DNA from: Candidatus Micrarchaeota archaeon
GTDB lineage: Archaea; Micrarchaeota; Micrarchaeia; Anstonellales; Bilamarchaeaceae
NCBI GenBank assembly: GCA_043800955.1
Contig: JAZDMN010000060.1
Span: forward strand, 1 to 52,176
DNA: 52,176 nt
Reading direction: 5' to 3'
Shown here piece by piece: positions 8,774-17,535 of the stretch. Numbering within the stretch: position 1 is the stretch's first letter; every line of letters begins with the position of its first letter. The position numbers and the translations under genes are program-made. The notes beneath the pieces were generated by a model. It made no database searches. It saw nothing but the letters and a program-made list of their open reading frames with translations, and had not been told where the DNA came from.

Positions 8774-10357
8774 TCATTTGCATGAACCATTCACGCTGTC
8801 ACAAGTCATCCCTGCGGGGCATTCAAGCAGCTCGTAGGCTATCTTCCCATCATCCGTGCACAGAACTTCGTGGATAACGTTTTCGTTCGAGCACGCATCG
8901 CGCTCGGTCCTGATGACGGTTCCGCCTTCGGTAAGAGTCGCCTCGCCCGGTTGGTAAGATGCGCCCCCGTCGCTATCGCTGCATGAATAAGGGTAGACGC
9001 AGGCGTTATCGATGCATTTCTCATCTTGGGGACACTGGATGAAGTCCACTGTCGATGACGTGCCGCTGCACGAGTATTCTGCAAGCGTGTAGTCGTTGAA
9101 GCAGTAGTCTTCCTTCACGGATTTCACAGAGCTGTTCGTTGTCTCTACAGCCTCAGATGCCACATGGACCGCACCTTCCGGTGCATTAGCGTCAAGGTCA
9201 TAGCACGCCGCCACTGTGATGGCAATGCAATCCGCCTGATAGCATATCTCGTCGTCATCGCAGGACTGGTAAAGGAACTCGATGCGGTTCGATATGCAGC
9301 GGTAGTCCAGGATGGTCTGGTAGTCCACGCAGCTGTCCGTCTCATTCCTTACTGCGGTAGTGCCGGCAAGAAGGCGCACTTCGTTGCTTGAGGCATATTC
9401 CTTGCATTTGAGTTCGGAACTGTCATAGCAGCGCCCGTCCAAGCAGACCCCGCTGCACGAGGTGCTTTGGACCACTGCCCCGCTGTCCGTGCACACGTAT
9501 TCCATCAGGAGGCTGCTGTCTGCGCAATAATCGTTGTATGTCCCCGATGAATCCCGCGCGTAGGAAGCAACTTTGTAATCCGCCCCTCCATCGTTGTCCG
9601 TGCAGAGCGGGATGCAGGCGCCCCCTGAGCAATAGGTTTTTTCAGGGCATTCTACTATCTTGGACGCGATGGTCGCACCCTGGCAGAAAAAGTCGGTTTT
9701 CGAGCTTGCGTCGATGCAGGAATCCGGCTTGCTCTCAACCACCATCCCGCCGCCGTACTGCGTGGCGCTGCCGGCTTCGAGCTCATTTGAGCCGCTGTCT
9801 GAGCAGGTGCGGTTCAAGGGAACGCAAGAGCCGGATTCGCATTTGTTGCCGGCCCCGCAGTTTTTTGAGGATTGCTTCAGCTTTCCTGATTCGCAGTAGT
9901 ATTCGAGGACGTCGTATCCCCCCTGGCAGCTGTCAACGTATGAGCGGTTCTCTAAAACCACTGTGCCGCTGGCCCAGATATCGTTCCCAGCGTCGCTGTC
10001 CTGGCAGGGTTCTGCCGGAGATGCGGTATCATTTTCCAGCGGGGGTTCCATGCACGCGCCCATTTTGCATTCGGTTCCAGCCGGACAGGGGAGCTCTTTA
10101 GAGACCGGCCTGCCGGATTCGCAGTAGTTTTCAATGACCGTGGAGCCGTCCTTGCATGAATCGGCATAATCAGAGCTGTTGAATGAGACCGAGCCATTGA
10201 CCGAGATGTCCGGCCCGGCATCGCTGTCGCTGCACGGCGGAAGCGCCACAGGCTGCGATGCGTTGCTCGTATTGCTGACGTTATTCTGGACCTGACCCTG
10301 CACGCACCCGCATGCGAGGACGAATAGTACCGCAAAGACCAACAGGATTCCCTTCAT
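8774..10357 (-). CDS. Secreted/lipoprotein with about 8 Cys-rich CxDSDxG repeats
   Basis: Start MKGILLVFAVLFVLACGC; repeated unit CSDSDAG..G......DSC......EYYC......C..G..C..G.C. Confidence 0.85.
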   Translation of the reverse strand: MKGILLVFAVLFVLACGCVQGQVQNNVSNTSNASQPVALPPCSDSDAGPDISVNGSVSFNSSDYADSCKDGSTVIENYCESGRPVSKELPCPAGTECKMGACMEPPLENDTASPAEPCQDSDAGNDIWASGTVVLENRSYVDSCQGGYDVLEYYCESGKLKQSSKNCGAGNKCESGSCVPLNRTCSDSGSNELEAGSATQYGGGMVVESKPDSCIDASSKTDFFCQGATIASKIVECPEKTYCSGGACIPLCTDNDGGADYKVASYARDSSGTYNDYCADSSLLMEYVCTDSGAVVQSTSCSGVCLDGRCYDSSELKCKEYASSNEVRLLAGTTAVRNETDSCVDYQTILDYRCISNRIEFLYQSCDDDEICYQADCIAITVAACYDLDANAPEGAVHVASEAVETTNSSVKSVKEDYCFNDYTLAEYSCSGTSSTVDFIQCPQDEKCIDNACVYPYSCSDSDGGASYQPGEATLTEGGTVIRTERDACSNENVIHEVLCTDDGKIAYELLECPAGMTCDSVNGSCK

Positions 10358-10408
10358 ACTCCTAGTTTCCCGGGTAAGATTAATAATATTGCGATGGTTC
10401 TCCCTTGT

Positions 10409-11863
10409 ATGGCCGCCTATAAGATGTACATCGGGGGGGAATGGGTGGGAACAGACTCCTATTTCGATACAATCGACCCCGCGACAGAAAAGGTCATCGC
10501 CAGGTTCCCGCTCGGCGAGCGGAAGCATGTGGATATGGCGGTCGATGCGGCGCAGGATGCGTCAGGGAAATGGTCCGGACTGCCTCCACCCAAAAAGGGG
10601 CTGATTCTCCAGAAAGCCGCCGAAATCCTCAGATTCGAAAAGGAGAGGCTTGGAAGGCTCGTGGCCACTGAGATGGGAAAGGTGCTCCCGGAAGCCCTCG
10701 GGGACGTGCAGGAGGCGATTGACACCTTCGAGTATTTCGCGGCCGAGGGCCGCAGGCTTTATGGGCACACGACAACGAGCGAGCTAAGGGACAAATTCTG
10801 CATGACGATTAGGCAGCCGGTCGGCGTCGTCGGGCTGATTACGCCCTGGAACTTCCCGACCGCGATACCGGCATGGAAGCTCGCCCCTGCATTGATTTGC
10901 GGGAACACGGTGGTGTTCAAGCCGAGCTCGGATACGCCGCTGTGCGCTTATGAGATGGTGAAGGTGCTGATTAAGGCCGGGGTGCCCCCGGGCGTCGTCA
11001 ACTTCGTTACAGGTACGGCATCCTCGGTGGGAGAGGCGATTGTGAAGCATCCGGATATCGAGGGGATTTCATTCACTGGCTCGAAGAGCACCGGGGAATG
11101 GATAACCAGGAACGCAGGCCTCAAGAAGGTCGGCCTGGAGCTAGGCGGGAAGAACCCCATCATCGTTATGGATGATGCTAGGCTGGATTTGGCTGTGGAT
11201 GGAATACTCTGGGGCGCGTTCGGCACGACCGGGCAGCGCTGCACCGCGACAAGCCGCGTCCTTGCGCACCGGAAAATCAAATCGAGGCTGCTGTCCGCGC
11301 TCGTGACCAGGGCCAGGATGTTGCGCCTCGGACCCGGGGTGCAGAAGACGAGTGACGTGGGCCCGCTGATAAACAAGGCCGCCCAGGAGAAAACCGGGAA
11401 GTACGTCGGAATCGGGATAAACGAGGGGGCGAAGCTGCTTTGCGGGGGGAACAAGCCCGCGGGAAGGGGTTTCTTCTTCAAGCCGACCATATTCGACGAC
11501 GTCAGGCCGGACATGAGGATAGCGAAGGAGGAGATTTTCGGCCCGGTCCTTTCGGTCATTGGTTTCGATACATTGGATGAGGCGATAGATATCGCGAACT
11601 CGGTAGAATACGGGCTGAGCTCATCCATATACACTGGGAATATCGGGAGCGCATTCCGGGCAATCGAGCGGATTGAGTCGGGGATAACGTACATCAATTC
11701 GAGCACGATTGGCGCGGAGGTCCACCTGCCTTTCGGTGGCGTCAAGGGCACGGGGCACACGCGGGAAGCGGGCATCCACGGCCTGGACGAGTTCTCAAAC
11801 ATCAAGACGGTTTATATCGATTACTCGGGAAAGCTCCAAAAGGCCCAGATTGATGCCGAATGA
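10409..11863 (+). CDS. Aldehyde dehydrogenase family protein
   Basis: ITPWNFP, FTGS, LELGGKNP, GQRCTA, EEIFGPV, PFGG. Confidence 0.95.
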   Translation: MAAYKMYIGGEWVGTDSYFDTIDPATEKVIARFPLGERKHVDMAVDAAQDASGKWSGLPPPKKGLILQKAAEILRFEKERLGRLVATEMGKVLPEALGDVQEAIDTFEYFAAEGRRLYGHTTTSELRDKFCMTIRQPVGVVGLITPWNFPTAIPAWKLAPALICGNTVVFKPSSDTPLCAYEMVKVLIKAGVPPGVVNFVTGTASSVGEAIVKHPDIEGISFTGSKSTGEWITRNAGLKKVGLELGGKNPIIVMDDARLDLAVDGILWGAFGTTGQRCTATSRVLAHRKIKSRLLSALVTRARMLRLGPGVQKTSDVGPLINKAAQEKTGKYVGIGINEGAKLLCGGNKPAGRGFFFKPTIFDDVRPDMRIAKEEIFGPVLSVIGFDTLDEAIDIANSVEYGLSSSIYTGNIGSAFRAIERIESGITYINSSTIGAEVHLPFGGVKGTGHTREAGIHGLDEFSNIKTVYIDYSGKLQKAQIDAE

Positions 11864-11867
11864 GGGT

Positions 11868-12404
11868 ATGAGTATGAAGGACGCAGCCAGGCTTTTCGTA
11901 ATGCAACTCCAGTACGGTGGCATTGCCGAGGACATCTACCACTTCCTGAGCGAGCATGAGAAAAAGATGCTCATCGAGAAGGGCGGCAGGTTCTTCCTTA
12001 AGGATGAGGAGAGGAAGGGGATAAAGGTCGTTCTCACCGGCGGCGTGTTCGACGTGCTGCATATAGGGCATATAGTCACGCTCAGCGAGGCAAAGAAGCA
12101 CGGGGACGTTCTCGTCGTAGCCGTCGCGCGCAACGAGCATATTCGGAAAAAGGGGAGGGAGCCGGTCCATGACCTGGAGTACCGGAAAATCATGGTCGAA
12201 TGCCTAAAGCCGGTTGACCTGGCGATTGCTGGATTCGAGGACCAGAAGAAAATGCTCGAGCTCGTGAAGCCGGATATCATAGTCTACGGATATGACCAGA
12301 AGGATTCTGTGCGGCCCAAGGGGGTCGAGATAGTGAAGCTCGAGCGCGGGATTGACGACTCGAAATTCAAGACAGGAAAGATTCTCGAGGACCTCGGCCT
12401 CTGA
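11868..12404 (+). CDS. Cytidylyltransferase family (FAD synthase RibL-like) with short N-terminal extension
   Basis: GGVFDVLHIGH (HxGH), LVVAVAR, KPDIIVYGYDQ. Confidence 0.85.
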   Translation: MSMKDAARLFVMQLQYGGIAEDIYHFLSEHEKKMLIEKGGRFFLKDEERKGIKVVLTGGVFDVLHIGHIVTLSEAKKHGDVLVVAVARNEHIRKKGREPVHDLEYRKIMVECLKPVDLAIAGFEDQKKMLELVKPDIIVYGYDQKDSVRPKGVEIVKLERGIDDSKFKTGKILEDLGL

Positions 12405-12437
12405 GAGGGTGGCCTAGGGTAAATTTATAAAGTTGCC

Positions 12438-12839
12438 ATGAGTTCTAGAAACATGATTGTGGGCCAGTTCAGACCCATGGCGACGAAGCCGCCGGGAGAG
12501 GAGGAGAAGGAGCCTGAGCAGACGCGGAAAGGCACTCAGGACCGCTCGAGCAATTCGGACGATTTCCTCAAGACGCCGGAAGCCCGGGAATTCATCAGCA
12601 AGATGCAGGGAAGACTTAAGGAAGGGAATTTTCCTGCCACAAGAAGAGGCATCACCGACATTTTAGGCACGCTTCACCGCAATTCCAACCTTACCGACAA
12701 AGAAGTCATCAGGGAAACCGAAAGGATTCTCCTTCGGCTTGGCGGACTGGATGGCTTTAGCGGTATGCTTTCCGGCCTGAAAGCGAAATCCGAGGGTCTC
12801 GTCAAAGGCCTGAAAGCCATATTCGGCGGCGGAAAATAA
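12438..12839 (+). CDS. Hypothetical protein
   Basis: 133-aa ORF preceded by AT-rich TTTATAAA. Confidence 0.55.
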   Translation: MSSRNMIVGQFRPMATKPPGEEEKEPEQTRKGTQDRSSNSDDFLKTPEAREFISKMQGRLKEGNFPATRRGITDILGTLHRNSNLTDKEVIRETERILLRLGGLDGFSGMLSGLKAKSEGLVKGLKAIFGGGK

Positions 12840-12855
12840 GCCGATTTGACATATC

Positions 12856-12996
12856 ATGCTCATGAACGTTGATGAAGAACGGGCGAGGGAGCTCATACGC
12901 GAGGGCATGTGCCCGGTCTGCGGCACGAAGCTGAAGCACATCGAAGGCTGCATCGAATGCATCATGTGCGGATGGAGCCAGTGCGGCGAGGCCTGA
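12856..12996 (+). CDS. 46-aa zinc-ribbon protein resembling the C-terminal Zn ribbon of class II ribonucleotide reductases
   Basis: Manual translation MLMNVDEERARELIREGMCPVCGTKLKHIEGCIECIMCGWSQCGEA. Confidence 0.7.
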   Translation: MLMNVDEERARELIREGMCPVCGTKLKHIEGCIECIMCGWSQCGEA

Positions 12997-13101
12997 AGCC
13001 GGGATTAGCGAGTTTTCAACATGTGCAAAAGGGCCAGCACAAACCCGAGTTGGAAAGTCGTCCGGTAACCATAAAAATACATACATTATAATAAGTAATA
13101 T

Positions 13102-15144
13102 ATGAGTTCAAGGTTAACACAGCTCAAGAGAGGAGCATCGGCAGTTTCGATTCCGCTTGCGATGGCCATCTCTTCATGCGCCCCCATGTTCAGCCAGGTA
13201 CCGGCGGAGAATCCGGACCAGTACGGAAAAGGGAGAGTATTATCCGAATTCTCGAATCGGAGGAATGTCTATGCGATCCTTATCAATGGCGGCCCGGACC
13301 AGGAATTGAACGCGTCCATCGAAAATGCGAAGGATGCCCTGCAGGCCTGGGGAGTCCCGAAAGACCGTGTCCTTTCCGCGTCATTCAGCGACGGGACCGC
13401 TTCGGAAGCGAGCCTTGTCAAGACGCTGGACAAACTGGCGGGAGAGATCACATCGGAAGACCTGCTCGTCGTCTATGTCGGAGGGCATGGATACGAAAGC
13501 GGCTTCAAGCTCCAGAACGATGAGACCATATCCCATGAACGTTTCATAAGCCTGTTCGAGAGATTCAAAAAAATCCCGTCCGTCTTCATCATCGGCGCCT
13601 GCTACGGTGACAGGGCCGTAAACCAGATAATCGATGCGGGGTTCTCCGCAATAGCGATGAGCCCTGAGGAAAGGGGCCTGACGATTTCAAAATTCGGCGA
13701 GTTTTTCTGGGCGACTGTCAAGGAGGGGGTCGATCTGGACGGAGACGGGAATTCTTCGATGCGGGAGTCATTCCTAAGAGCGCTCGATAAATACAATATA
13801 GCAAAATTCGGGTGCGTTTCAGGCGACGTGACGCCCGGCACCTTCAGGACCGCATTCCTGCCGCTGACAGACCGGGCGGAACTGGACGTGGGCAATATCG
13901 TCCTTTTCATCCGCAGCCCTTCAGGAGCAAGCCCGTCACAGAAGGCAAATCTGGAAAAGCTCGATGAATTTTCCGGAGCAAGCCTGAAGGTCATGGTATC
14001 GGATTCGTCGTCCGGGTTGCTGCCAGAAGGAATCCCGGCCAGAGCGGCGGAAGCATGGAAGGAGTCGGGGGCGGCTATCATTTTCCTGAAGGGAGGAAAG
14101 GTGATGAAAGCGATAAGCGGGAATGCTGATTTCGCCACGCTTGTTCAAGGCGCCAAGGAATCGTTCGGAATCAGGTATCCCAAACTGGAATACGGCACCG
14201 AAGCCACCCGGAGGGTTGTCAGAAACAGGATGTATTCCGAACAGGCGCTGGGGTCATATCATGATGGCATATCCGATTACCAGGATTCGGTTCGCCTCAT
14301 CCACCATTCCGAAACGGGCTCGGCCATCCACCAGGAAGAATCAGGATCGGCCCGGCTTGAAATCAATAAAAAAGCCGTCCCGGCTATAAGCATCAGGGCG
14401 CCGGTCCGCATCCCCCTGTCCGGCAACGGCTATTTCTCCGACGCACTGAGGCTCGGCATCGGTTTCGAGTTGCTTGCTTTGCGCTACAGGGTACATCAGA
14501 CAGGCCCCTCCACCGGGGATAAGCCGGATTCATCTGGTGCGGGCGAGGTGGGCATCGCCGGATTCATGGTTCGCCCTTCCCTTAGCTACTTCACGACAGG
14601 CAATGGCGGCGGATCCACCACATCGACTGAGATCGGCTTTCGCGGCTCGGTTTCAGGCTACTCGATTTCGGCGCCCGGTCTTTCCGGCAGTTTCGATAAC
14701 TTCGGTTGGCAGCCGTCAGCATTCTTTCAACTCTCAAATCGCAAATCCCCGGAGGGTTATAGCCTCTTGAGATTTGAAAATATCGGCGGCGAGGGCATTT
14801 TCGGAAAGGGAAATGCATCGGCCTATAGTTCATTTTCAGGCAACTGGAGCAGGACAGTAAGGACTGTGGCTACGCCCCGGGCAATCAGCCGGCTGGGAAT
14901 TGCTGGGTATGGCGGCGACCTGAAGCTCCTAGAATGGATTGGGGATTCAGCTGCCTTGGGATTCGCCCTGCACTGTATCCATTCTCCATCAAACGGAATT
15001 TCTACAGCTGCCGGTTTCGTCGATGCGGGAGTAGGCCGCGACAATACCATGGTATCTTTGCGGATCGGGTTCATACGAGAATTTGGCGGCACCGAATTCG
15101 AACGGCTTCCGTCAGCACCCATGGTTTGGGTATCCGTCTGGTGA
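13102..15144 (+). CDS. Clan CD (caspase/legumain-like) peptidase lipoprotein with additional C-terminal domains
   Basis: Lipobox AISSC; YAILING, VYVGGHG (His) and IIGACYG (Cys) dyad; EF-hand-like DLDGDGNSS; thioredoxin-like middle; beta-strand-rich C-terminus. Confidence 0.75.
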   Translation: MSSRLTQLKRGASAVSIPLAMAISSCAPMFSQVPAENPDQYGKGRVLSEFSNRRNVYAILINGGPDQELNASIENAKDALQAWGVPKDRVLSASFSDGTASEASLVKTLDKLAGEITSEDLLVVYVGGHGYESGFKLQNDETISHERFISLFERFKKIPSVFIIGACYGDRAVNQIIDAGFSAIAMSPEERGLTISKFGEFFWATVKEGVDLDGDGNSSMRESFLRALDKYNIAKFGCVSGDVTPGTFRTAFLPLTDRAELDVGNIVLFIRSPSGASPSQKANLEKLDEFSGASLKVMVSDSSSGLLPEGIPARAAEAWKESGAAIIFLKGGKVMKAISGNADFATLVQGAKESFGIRYPKLEYGTEATRRVVRNRMYSEQALGSYHDGISDYQDSVRLIHHSETGSAIHQEESGSARLEINKKAVPAISIRAPVRIPLSGNGYFSDALRLGIGFELLALRYRVHQTGPSTGDKPDSSGAGEVGIAGFMVRPSLSYFTTGNGGGSTTSTEIGFRGSVSGYSISAPGLSGSFDNFGWQPSAFFQLSNRKSPEGYSLLRFENIGGEGIFGKGNASAYSSFSGNWSRTVRTVATPRAISRLGIAGYGGDLKLLEWIGDSAALGFALHCIHSPSNGISTAAGFVDAGVGRDNTMVSLRIGFIREFGGTEFERLPSAPMVWVSVW

Positions 15145-15240
15145 ATACGCTTAATGGATGCGATGGGTGAAATGCCGGCAACCGTGCGGGATTCGGCGCA
15201 GCATAGGAACGCATAAACGGGCGGCGGGAAAGCAGTAGCG

Positions 15241-15249
15241 TTTTTAAAC
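15241..15249 (+). promoter_or_regulatory. TATA box of the tRNA-Asn gene
   Basis: TTTTTAAAC about 30 nt upstream of the mature tRNA 5' end. Confidence 0.55.
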
Positions 15250-15278
15250 AAGATTGGCCAATCAACATCCTGTTAATT

Positions 15279-15431
15279 GCCTCGGTAGCTCAGTTGGTAG
15301 AGCGGCTGACTGTTAGAGCCTTTTGACTTAGGTCCTTCTTATGGCAAAACCCTCGGGAAAAGCCATGAGGAAAACCAAGGTCGAAAGCTTCTGAAATCAG
15401 CAGGCCAGAAGTTCAAATCTTCTCCGGGGCG
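15279..15431 (+). tRNA. tRNA-Asn(GTT) with 80-nt intron at 37/38 (intron 15316-15395)
   Basis: Acceptor GCCTCGG/CCGGGGC with G73, D arm GCTC..GAGC, anticodon arm GCTGA-CT-GTT-A^A-TCAGC, T arm AGAAG-TTCAAAT-CTTCT; intron folds into a long hairpin. Confidence 0.93.
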
Positions 15432-15462
15432 ATACTTACTTTTCTGTAATATTCAGTAACAG

Positions 15463-15894
15463 GTGGTATGGTTGGCACATTACTCGCTTTTGGTTAAATA
15501 CGAAGGGACGATTGAGGAGGCTGGGGGTAGAGTCGAGAAAATGCTTGAGCCATACTGTGAAGATATGGATGACGACTCCGATGAAAATCCGGATGCCAAG
15601 TGGGACTGGTACGATATAGGGGGCGGGTACAAAGGCTTGCTAAAGCTAAAGAAGGACTGGCCCTCAAAATTCGGGTATCCCCCGAACTCTGACCGTGTCG
15701 AGCGTGCATATGCAAAAGACGTGGATTTGGAAGGATTATGGACTGTGGCCGTGCTGGATAAAGACGGCTTCCACGAGCCAACGGATATGTATGATGACGA
15801 AGAGATGAAGAGCTGGGCGAAGGACTATAAAACGAGATTTTTGGCAGATATCAGCGACAGAACAGTTCTTGTGATAGTTGACCTGCATATTTAA
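15463..15894 (+). CDS. Hypothetical acidic protein of a phage/mobile-element type family
   Basis: Motif NPDAKWDWYDIGG and C-terminal VIVDLHI, which I associate with phage/MGE proteins; first cassette after the tRNA. Confidence 0.7.
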   Translation: MVWLAHYSLLVKYEGTIEEAGGRVEKMLEPYCEDMDDDSDENPDAKWDWYDIGGGYKGLLKLKKDWPSKFGYPPNSDRVERAYAKDVDLEGLWTVAVLDKDGFHEPTDMYDDEEMKSWAKDYKTRFLADISDRTVLVIVDLHI

Positions 15895-15898
15895 AACA

Positions 15899-15968
15899 AA
15901 TAAATCTCTGTAAGGAAGCGTCAATGATCTGGGCGTATTTACATCACAAGCTTCGGTTCTCCGGGGCG
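15899..15968 (+). repeat. Cassette-end module R1 ending in tRNA 3' copy TTCTCCGGGGCG
   Basis: Gapless 55/70 identity with 16476-16545; last 12 nt identical to tRNA 15420-15431. Confidence 0.9.
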
Positions 15969-15971
15969 TTT

Positions 15972-16113
15972 TTGTTCACTTGCCTGTCGCGAACGGCATT
16001 CCGTTCGCGAACATGCTTAAGGTCGATTCGTCGACCTGGACATCGCCTTCGGCTCGGCGTGAACAACGAAGAGAGGCATTAGCCACGGAGAATGTCGGCG
16101 CTTGCGCCGGCGC
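15972..16113. other. Non-coding multi-hairpin element lying between two tRNA-end copies
   Basis: Stems TCGCGAACGG/CCGTTCGCGA (15987-16010), AGGTCGA-TTCG-TCGACCT (16020-16037), closing TTGTTCAC/GTGAACAA (15972-16066), and GTCGGCG-CTTG-CGCCGGC. Confidence 0.6.
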
Positions 16114-16126
16114 CTTCTCCGGGGCG
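16114..16126 (+). repeat. tRNA 3'-end copy R2 (CTTCTCCGGGGCG)
   Basis: 13/13 identical to tRNA 15419-15431. Confidence 0.8.
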
Positions 16127-16129
16127 GCC

Positions 16130-16432
16130 TTATTTCTTTTTACCTGATTTTGCTGCAAGCTGCGTGAGCGCAAGTAAAAACAGGTCAGAAACAATCAATC
16201 CTGCCATCGCCTGGTTGATGGCTGCGCATCTAACACTGTCGCAATAATAATCACTTCGTCCTTCGCATAGACCCAAGGAGAAATTAAATGGATTGCACAC
16301 ATACGGGGGTTTGTCAGGATAAGCGCTCAATAGAAGATTCATGACTACGGGGTGGCCAAACCAAAACAGCATGAGGCAGACAAGACCGGCGATTAGGACA
16401 ACTTGGATGACCATCATCGCGTTTAATTCCAT
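16130..16432 (-). CDS. Small membrane protein, two TM helices with a Cys-rich loop
   Basis: ATG 16432; hydrophobic N- and C-terminal helices, 4 Cys in the loop; stop lies just beyond R2. Confidence 0.6.
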   Translation of the reverse strand: MELNAMMVIQVVLIAGLVCLMLFWFGHPVVMNLLLSAYPDKPPYVCNPFNFSLGLCEGRSDYYCDSVRCAAINQAMAGLIVSDLFLLALTQLAAKSGKKK

Positions 16433-16475
16433 AACGGGTGATATGGATGCGAGATAATTAATAAGATTACGCGGC

Positions 16476-16545
16476 AATACATCAGTGCAAGGAAGCGGCA
16501 ATAATGAGGGCGCATCTACGTCAGAATCCCCGGTTCTCCGGGGCG
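16476..16545 (+). repeat. Cassette-end module R3 ending in tRNA 3' copy
   Basis: AATACATCAGTGCAAGGAAGCGGCAAT...CGGTTCTCCGGGGCG, 55/70 identical to R1. Confidence 0.9.
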
Positions 16546-16621
16546 AAATCATCTTATCGGGTTATCCGTCCGCGGCACACCCTTATATACGGGCCCACCC
16601 CAAGGATGTTTAAGTGGAACC

Positions 16622-17527
16622 ATGATGCGCGAGATCCAGTCTGATGAGGCCAAACAGATATGGGACAGGCTCGTCCCGGAAAAAGAGGTCTGGACAGACG
16701 ATTGGGATATTCGCATGGCAATATGCAGGCAGTATGGCTACAAGCCGCTCATCCTCTATGACGGGAAGAACTTTTTCCCATTGCAGCTCGACCCTGAAAG
16801 GGGATTCTATGAGCTCCTCGGGGGGGAGAGCGTGGAGAGGAATTATGTGACATTCGACCCGGAGTTCATGAAGAAGACCGATAAGATACCGAAAAACATC
16901 TATTTCGATTTCCTGGATGAAAGATTCGAAGGCTGCATAGAAGGATTATGCCCGCAATTCTTTTTGGATCTTACGCGCATAAGCAGCATAGATGATTATA
17001 TCAAACGATTCTCCAAGGCTCACCAGAAGAATTTCAAGAGGGAATGCAGGAGGTTCGGAAGCTACGAATTCTTAAAACGGGGGACCCTTGCTGATCTTGC
17101 CGAATTGAACAGGAGGAAGTTCAAGAAAGACTCCGACTTTGCGGACGATGGCATCGCAAGTTACGCCCTATTGGACAAGGACCCGCGCACTGAATACTGG
17201 TCGGTAGTCAAGGATGGAGAAACGGCCTCCATAACCCAGTTCTTCTTCTACAACCGCACGATGTCAACCTGCATATGGGGGATAGACGAAAGATACGGGA
17301 ACTCGATAAAAATCATATTGACTGAGGCGATAACCCTCGCCAAAAGCAGAGATTGCACGAAGATAGATTTCGCTCCGACATATTCGGACTGGAAATTTTT
17401 CTACCGCCTGGATACTTCGCCCCTTTGGAGATACAAGCGGGGCGACATCCCGGATTCAGTCGAGACAACTGATTATGGCATACCGCCAGACGAAAGGGTA
17501 AGGCTCAAGGCGGAAGGAAGGCTATGA
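16622..17527 (+). CDS. GNAT/FemAB-like (Acetyltransf_6-type) protein
   Basis: DLTRISSIDDYIKRFSKAHQKNFKRE, AITLAKSRDCTKIDF, DWKFF; own TATA CTTATATA upstream. Confidence 0.7.
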   Translation: MMREIQSDEAKQIWDRLVPEKEVWTDDWDIRMAICRQYGYKPLILYDGKNFFPLQLDPERGFYELLGGESVERNYVTFDPEFMKKTDKIPKNIYFDFLDERFEGCIEGLCPQFFLDLTRISSIDDYIKRFSKAHQKNFKRECRRFGSYEFLKRGTLADLAELNRRKFKKDSDFADDGIASYALLDKDPRTEYWSVVKDGETASITQFFFYNRTMSTCIWGIDERYGNSIKIILTEAITLAKSRDCTKIDFAPTYSDWKFFYRLDTSPLWRYKRGDIPDSVETTDYGIPPDERVRLKAEGRL

Positions 17528-17535
17528 CAGAGAAG

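Noticed and set aside
15279-15431. Alternative splicing to tRNA-Tyr(GTA) or tRNA-Phe(GAA)
   Set aside because: G1-C72 with G73 and a 7-nt loop at the canonical 37/38 site fit Asn; the Phe reading gives a 6-nt loop
15976-16194. 72-aa minus-strand ORF across the structured cassette
   Set aside because: Crosses repeat R2, overlaps another gene and has no protein-like features
15420-16545. Casposon- or transposon-type target-site duplications at the tRNA
   Set aside because: No terminal inverted repeats found inside the duplicated 12-13 nt; the conserved sequence is one-sided, like attR
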